From Promethearchaeia archaeon (GTDB lineage: Archaea; Asgardarchaeota; Lokiarchaeia; Sigyniarchaeales; SOKP01), in assembly GCA_029856155.1 (NCBI GenBank), contig JAHQWL010000083.1, forward strand, positions 1 through 64,000: DNA of 64,000 bases. The letters run 5' to 3'. The position numbers were made by a program, and so were the translations under genes. The notes beneath the pieces were generated by a model that was given only the letters and a program-made list of their open reading frames with translations, had not been told where the DNA came from and made no database searches. Positions 59,038 through 64,000 of this stretch are shown in pieces; the stretch's first letter is position 1; the number at the start of each line of letters is the position of its first letter.

Positions 59038-59799
59038 TTGCCAGCCGAAATTGAAATTGAAAAAAATCATAAAAAGATTGCTATAATCCTAGCTATTATT
59101 TTTGCATGTTTAATCTTAGCAAATTTCCTAATTATAGCTTTAATCTTCAATTGGGCCGATTGGATTGCTTTATTAATTTTTAGTCTTCTATTCATTGTCC
59201 CTGCATATATTTCAAATGCTTCGATGGTTATCACTGGTGGAGGTAAACCCATTGATGGTGGAAGAACATTACGGGATGGTAGGCGACTTTTAGGGGACCA
59301 CAAAACTTGGAATGGATTAAAGGGCCCATTATACATTGGAATTCCGATCTCTTTTTTGATATTTCTTCTTTTCAATTTATTATGGGAACCAATAAAGGAT
59401 GTTATTATTGACGCGGGTGCTCAAGGACAATATATACTTTATAGCGATATTAGAATTTTTGAATATTACTTCATAGGTGGAGAATTCCCAATCAACTTCC
59501 TCGTTTTAATTATAAGAATTATATTAGCTTCATATGGTGCTGTAGCAGGTGATTTAATTGGTTCTTTTCTGAAAAGAAGATTTGATATCAAAAGTGGAGC
59601 ACCTTTCTGGATCGTAGATCAGTTAGATTTTGCTTTAGTAGCATTATTCTTTGTTTCAATCCCTGGATTAATATCACCAACTCTCTTCTTGCTTCCCGAT
59701 ATCTATATTATAATATTTCTTATAATACTGACTCCCGCAGTTAGTATTATCGCGAATACAGTAGCTTATGTTCTCGGTCTAAAAGATGTTCCTTGGTAA
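59038..59799 (+). CDS. carS: CDP-archaeol synthase
   Basis: PAYISN, PIDGG...DGRRLLGDHKTW.G, GDLIGSFLKRR, DQLDF, LGLKDVPW. Confidence 0.93.
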   Translation: MPAEIEIEKNHKKIAIILAIIFACLILANFLIIALIFNWADWIALLIFSLLFIVPAYISNASMVITGGGKPIDGGRTLRDGRRLLGDHKTWNGLKGPLYIGIPISFLIFLLFNLLWEPIKDVIIDAGAQGQYILYSDIRIFEYYFIGGEFPINFLVLIIRIILASYGAVAGDLIGSFLKRRFDIKSGAPFWIVDQLDFALVALFFVSIPGLISPTLFLLPDIYIIIFLIILTPAVSIIANTVAYVLGLKDVPW

Positions 59800-59817
59800 T
59801 ATAACTGTAAATTGATT

Positions 59818-60318
59818 TTAATCCTTAAATTTACATTTGATTTGTAATGGAGTACTACGGTTTTCAAAAACAACATAATTTTTAAAGATTTCATTTACTG
59901 CTCTAATATAATCTCCGTTACGACCGATCGCAATCCCTCTTTCTTTATAGAATAAAAAATATATAGATATTTCTCTCCTCCCAGAATCATTATCAGATTC
60001 TATTTTTATATTATCAATATTCAAATCGGGGAAGAAACTGAAAAGTAAATTTATCAGAATTCTCTCTGTCCTTATGATTAAAATCTTTCTTTTGGTGATT
60101 TCCCTTCTTATAGAGTCTAAACACATTTTAGCACTAAAATAATTGTCCTTTTTAATAAAAAAGAAGATAAACTGATTGATTACCACTATAAATTCTGGAT
60201 ATATACCTTTTGTGCGAGAGTAAAAATATTCTCGTAATTTAAGCTCAAAATTTTTATATTTCTTAATAAATGATAACAACTGATAAAATATCAAATCATC
60301 CGCAATCGTATAGAACAT
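59818..60318 (-). CDS. Divergent archaeal NusA-like KH-domain protein
   Basis: C-terminal RGIAIGRNGDYIRAV KH GxxG loop; first KH lacks GxxG. Confidence 0.6.
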   Translation of the reverse strand: MFYTIADDLIFYQLLSFIKKYKNFELKLREYFYSRTKGIYPEFIVVINQFIFFFIKKDNYFSAKMCLDSIRREITKRKILIIRTERILINLLFSFFPDLNIDNIKIESDNDSGRREISIYFLFYKERGIAIGRNGDYIRAVNEIFKNYVVFENRSTPLQIKCKFKD

Positions 60319-60424
60319 ACTGTATTATTTTCTATAATCAATTTAAACTACTAAGAAATCTATATAATTACAAAAATATTATATATATCATACATTACAA
60401 TATTACTCAATTAGGTAATATTAT

Positions 60425-60862
60425 ATGAGGAATACTGGTTATAGGTTTTTGGATCATACTGCTGATGTTTCAGTCGAAGCTCAAGGCAAAAACTTGGAAG
60501 AGGCTTTTGAACAAACGGCTTATAGTTTAATGGAAACAATTACTCCTAGCTTAAGAACAATATCACCGGAAATTGAAAGAACTATAATAATCGAAGCAGA
60601 AGATAAAGAAGCATTGTTATTTGATTTTTTAACTGAATTTCTTTATCTATTTGATGTAGAGGAACTTATTTTTGGTAAGATTAAAATTCACCCAATAAAA
60701 CATACTCAGGAAAAATTTTATTTAGAAGCAAATTTAAAAGGAGAAAAATTTAATACGAATAAACATGAACCAGGTACTGAAGTTAAAGCTATAACTTATT
60801 CCTATATGAAAATCGAAGAAAAAAAGAATGGAGTTAAAATAAATATTGTATTTGACATTTAG
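60425..60862 (+). CDS. Archease
   Basis: YRFLDHTAD, LEEAF, EVKAITY, VFDI C-terminus. Confidence 0.95.
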   Translation: MRNTGYRFLDHTADVSVEAQGKNLEEAFEQTAYSLMETITPSLRTISPEIERTIIIEAEDKEALLFDFLTEFLYLFDVEELIFGKIKIHPIKHTQEKFYLEANLKGEKFNTNKHEPGTEVKAITYSYMKIEEKKNGVKINIVFDI

Positions 60863-60892
60863 AACACACATAAAATTTTAAAGTTAAATAAT

Positions 60893-62365
60893 TTATCCCT
60901 TTACTACACCTATTGGTACTAATCTAACTATTTTTTCAACGATTCCCAAATCATGACTAACTTGAACAACTTGATCTATGTCTTTATATGCACCAGGAGC
61001 CTCTTCAGCAATTACTTTCATCGAAGCAGCTCGCACTAAAATACCTTGTTTATTTAGATTATCTTTAACTCGCTCTCCCCAGTATCTCTTAATAGCTTTA
61101 GATCTTGACATAATTCTCCCAGAACCATGTGCAGTAGAACCAAATGATAGATCCATGGCTTTCTTTTTACCCACACAGAGATAGGATGCAGAACCCATAG
61201 TTCCTGGGATTAATACGGGTTGTCCAATAGATTTATAATCTGAAGGTAGATCAGGATGTTGTGGGGGAAAAGCTCTTGTTGCTCCTTTTCTATGAATATT
61301 CAATTTCATTTTTTTACCATCAATTTCATGCTCTTCTATTTTCAAAATATTGTGGCAGACTCCATATATTAAATGGAAATCTAAATCGTCTATATCCTTT
61401 TTAAAGGTATTTTGAAAGGATTCTCTTAACCAGTGTGTAATCAATTGACGATTTGTGAACCCAAAATTAGCTGCACAAGCCATCTGTTTTAAATAATTCT
61501 GAGCTTCAGGTTTATCTGCTGGAACACATGCTAATTCTCTATCAGGAACTTTTATATTATATTTTTTCATTGCTTGTTCGATACTACGCAAAGAATCTGT
61601 ACATACTTGATGGCCAAGAGCTCTACTTCCTGTATGGACCATTACAGTGACTTGATTCTTTTCATGTATTCCCAAAGTTTTCGCGATATTCTTATTATAA
61701 ATCTCATCAACTTTTTGTATTTCAAGAAAATGATTTCCACTCCCTAAAGAACCAAGCTGTTTAATTGCTCGTTGTTTTGCTTTTTGGGAAACTAAGCTAG
61801 CATCTGCATCCTTTAAACATCCATTCTCTTCCAAATGTTTATAGTCTTCTGCATCAGCATATCCATTCTCTAATGCCCAATTCACACCGTTTTTTAATAC
61901 ATTATCTAAATCTGAATAGCTTATGTTTAATTTACCTTTTGATCCTAAACCGGAAGGGATATTTTTGAAGATTGAATCTAATAGATTTGGAAGTAAACCC
62001 TTAATGTCTTTAAAAAATAAATTAGTTCTCAGTAATCTCACACCACAATTAATATCATAGCCAACACCACCGGGAGAAATCATCCCATCTTCCGCATCAG
62101 TTCCAGCAACGCCCCCTATACAAAATCCATAACCTTGATGGGCATCCGAGAGAGCAATGGCATGTTTCTGTATCCCAGGTAAGCATGCAACATTGCAAAT
62201 TTGATCTAAGGTACGATCTAACTTAATTTTTTCTAAAATATAATCATTCGCATAAATTTTAACCGGAACTCTCATCTGAAACTTCTCAATATTACCTTTA
62301 ATCCTTACCATTAAAGTCTTTGGAGGAATCTCGAAGATGTTGTCATCAATTTTATTAACATTCAT
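60893..62365 (-). CDS. rtcB: tRNA-splicing ligase RtcB (no intein)
   Basis: DAHQGYGF.IGGV, GVGYDINCGVR, GSGNHF, HTGSR, HRKGAT, HGSGR, EEAPGAYK. Confidence 0.97.
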   Translation of the reverse strand: MNVNKIDDNIFEIPPKTLMVRIKGNIEKFQMRVPVKIYANDYILEKIKLDRTLDQICNVACLPGIQKHAIALSDAHQGYGFCIGGVAGTDAEDGMISPGGVGYDINCGVRLLRTNLFFKDIKGLLPNLLDSIFKNIPSGLGSKGKLNISYSDLDNVLKNGVNWALENGYADAEDYKHLEENGCLKDADASLVSQKAKQRAIKQLGSLGSGNHFLEIQKVDEIYNKNIAKTLGIHEKNQVTVMVHTGSRALGHQVCTDSLRSIEQAMKKYNIKVPDRELACVPADKPEAQNYLKQMACAANFGFTNRQLITHWLRESFQNTFKKDIDDLDFHLIYGVCHNILKIEEHEIDGKKMKLNIHRKGATRAFPPQHPDLPSDYKSIGQPVLIPGTMGSASYLCVGKKKAMDLSFGSTAHGSGRIMSRSKAIKRYWGERVKDNLNKQGILVRAASMKVIAEEAPGAYKDIDQVVQVSHDLGIVEKIVRLVPIGVVKG

Positions 62366-62490
62366 CTTAAGTTTATAAGTAAAACAATTTTCAAAAATAT
62401 TTTCATTTGATGCTATAAAATATCAAAAAATAAAGAATTCAATTAAGAGACTAATAGAAAAATTAGATTTCTAAAAAATAGATTTATACT

Positions 62491-63216
62491 TCATTTTATT
62501 TCAATAAACGAAAGTAATCCTAAATCATCTAAACTCCCTATAATACGTTGAATCTCTCCCTCTGGGCGTCCACTCTCCTCAGCTATCTCAGAAATTGTAT
62601 GAAATCCATCCGCTAAATGAGCTATTTTATATTCCTTCTTATCTAAAAATCCTTGATTAATAATTTGTTTAGGTAGCCTTTTACAAGTCCACTCCGGCTT
62701 CACATCCCTAACTTCGCGTAAATCTTCCTTGGATAATATTAAACCCTTCTTCGCAATCTGCTTCTGGGATTTTTGAAAATCTTTCTTGAAAATCTTCAAA
62801 ATTGGAAGTCTCAACTGAACCTCGGCGAGTCTACCAATCTTTAAAACGTCATCAATAATTTGGTCAAAATCTCGAAAGATACGGACATCACCAGACCAAC
62901 TTTCAAGGCGATCTCCAAATTCAGTAACAAATTTATCAATAATATCAGTTAATGCCTTATGCGTTATCTTAGCATCATCATTTTTATCGGCTGCGGCAGT
63001 TATTAACACACCCTCTTTAAAAACTAACAATAAATAAAAAACTTGCATATCAATTACTTTAAGTTCCCCGCTCCCTTTAGAGAATTCAACAGAAAAATCT
63101 TTTAGGGCTGTTAAAAATCCTGATACTAAATCTTGGTTAAATTCTATACTCCCATACTTCCGATGTATTAAACAAATGCCGGTGTGTTGGTGTATAAGAT
63201 AAACATTATGTAACAA
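62491..63216 (-). CDS. Longin-domain protein with C-terminal winged HTH
   Basis: VYLI...GICL, DLVSGFLTAL..F longin signature; C-terminal DG..TISEIAEESG...I..L...GLL. Confidence 0.75.
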   Translation of the reverse strand: MLHNVYLIHQHTGICLIHRKYGSIEFNQDLVSGFLTALKDFSVEFSKGSGELKVIDMQVFYLLLVFKEGVLITAAADKNDDAKITHKALTDIIDKFVTEFGDRLESWSGDVRIFRDFDQIIDDVLKIGRLAEVQLRLPILKIFKKDFQKSQKQIAKKGLILSKEDLREVRDVKPEWTCKRLPKQIINQGFLDKKEYKIAHLADGFHTISEIAEESGRPEGEIQRIIGSLDDLGLLSFIEIK

Positions 63217-63408
63217 TTTTCCATACCTTAGTAAAATATCTTAATTGTATATTTAATAGAATTATACTAATTTAAATTTCTTTATATGTCTTTAGAACTA
63301 AATTTTTTTAAAATGAAATTGACATTAATTTAAGAATCCTAATCTAACTCATCTATGATTTAAAAGGTATAATATAAAAATTCTAAGAATTCAGAGTTTT
63401 TATGGATA

Positions 63409-63543
63409 TTAACGATCTAAATCAATATTTTTTAGAGGGTTTAAAGATCCCCCACACATTGGACAGAGTCGGCTGTTTATATCAATTTCTACGCAAAATC
63501 TACAATATGGGCATTTGATATATACAATATTATGAATAAACAT
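63409..63543 (-). CDS. 44-aa CPxCG-type zinc-finger microprotein (MFIHNIVYIKCPYCRFCVEIDINSRLCPMCGGSLNPLKNIDLDR)
   Basis: Read by hand; CPYC and CPMCG knuckles; locally GC-richer than the flanking DNA. Confidence 0.65.
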   Translation of the reverse strand: MFIHNIVYIKCPYCRFCVEIDINSRLCPMCGGSLNPLKNIDLDR

Positions 63544-63877
63544 AATATTCAATCTATAATACCTTATTTAAATTACAATATAAAATGAGATTTTAAAAAA
63601 ATTTGGTTTTAAAGTTCTTCATATATTTAAAGAGATTTGTCGATTTTTTTAAGGAGAAAAAAAATTATTAAAAGATTTGATAAACAATTACTCTAAATAA
63701 TCCTAAATTATTTTAATTCTTATATTATTCCTAACTTTTACTTTTTTGATAGGCATCTTAAATAATTTCCATTTATTTAATTAGACTAAAAGAACCATAT
63801 AAGATCAATAAAGCTTAAAAAAGTTGATATTAAGTATTGCATTAATCAGAATTACAATTATCAAAAAAAGACCTATA

Positions 63878-64000
63878 ATGAATTATTTTATTTTTCTTGT
63901 AACAGTTCCAAATATTAAAGAAGGTCAGAAGATAGCAAAAATTTTAGTAGAAAATAAGTTTGCTGCTTGTGTGACTATCATTCAGAATGTTTTTTCTATC
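63878..64000 (+). CDS. cutA: Divalent-cation tolerance protein CutA (partial, runs off window)
   Basis: MNYFIFLVTVPN...IAKILVENKFAACVTII..V.SI. Confidence 0.85.
   Translation, partial: MNYFIFLVTVPNIKEGQKIAKILVENKFAACVTIIQNVFSI

Noticed and set aside
34619-61184. Short antisense/overlapping track ORFs inside pan, rpoB, the GTPase fusion, DP2, cdc6, carS and rtcB (and similar ones earlier in the window)
   Set aside because: Shadow frames of well-supported genes with no independent motifs.
51128-62365. Inteins in DP2, Cdc6 or RtcB
   Set aside because: Lengths are normal and usual insertion motifs (RRNCDGDED, GTGKT, YDINCGVR) are uninterrupted.
63217-63877. Large AT-rich gap as replication origin
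   Set aside because: Partly explained by the zinc-finger micro-ORF and divergent promoters; no ORB-like repeats seen.
1-64000. Selenoprotein read-through or SECIS elements (known in Lokiarchaeota)
   Set aside because: No gene here looked truncated at an in-frame TGA at a catalytic Cys position; not exhaustively tested.

Overview
AT-rich archaeal chromosomal segment, most likely Asgard archaea (Lokiarchaeia-like). Evidence: archaeal core genes (unsplit Rpo2, Rpo5, PolD DP1/DP2, Cdc6/Orc1, TFE, PAN, aMBF1, NAC, Cbf5, CarS, RtcB/archease) together with eukaryotic-signature-type proteins (four small GTPases including a Rab-like multidomain protein and a Roadblock-GTPase fusion, a longin-wHTH protein, a GOLPH3/GPP34 homologue). 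The first ~10 kb is an accessory region. There, 1-3-gene modules are separated by five clear and two degenerate copies of a ~50-90 bp non-coding repeat that always lies on the + strand, whatever the orientation of the flanking genes; this is the best candidate for an undescribed system (a cassette-array-like architecture). About 10-30 kb holds mixed metabolic and accessory genes; ~30-64 kb is conserved information-processing core. Four tRNA genes are present. Three carry introns, all at non-canonical positions, and tRNA-Leu(GAG) has two. Several microproteins below the ORF-track cutoff were read by hand. All calls come from motif recognition by eye; no database searches were run.
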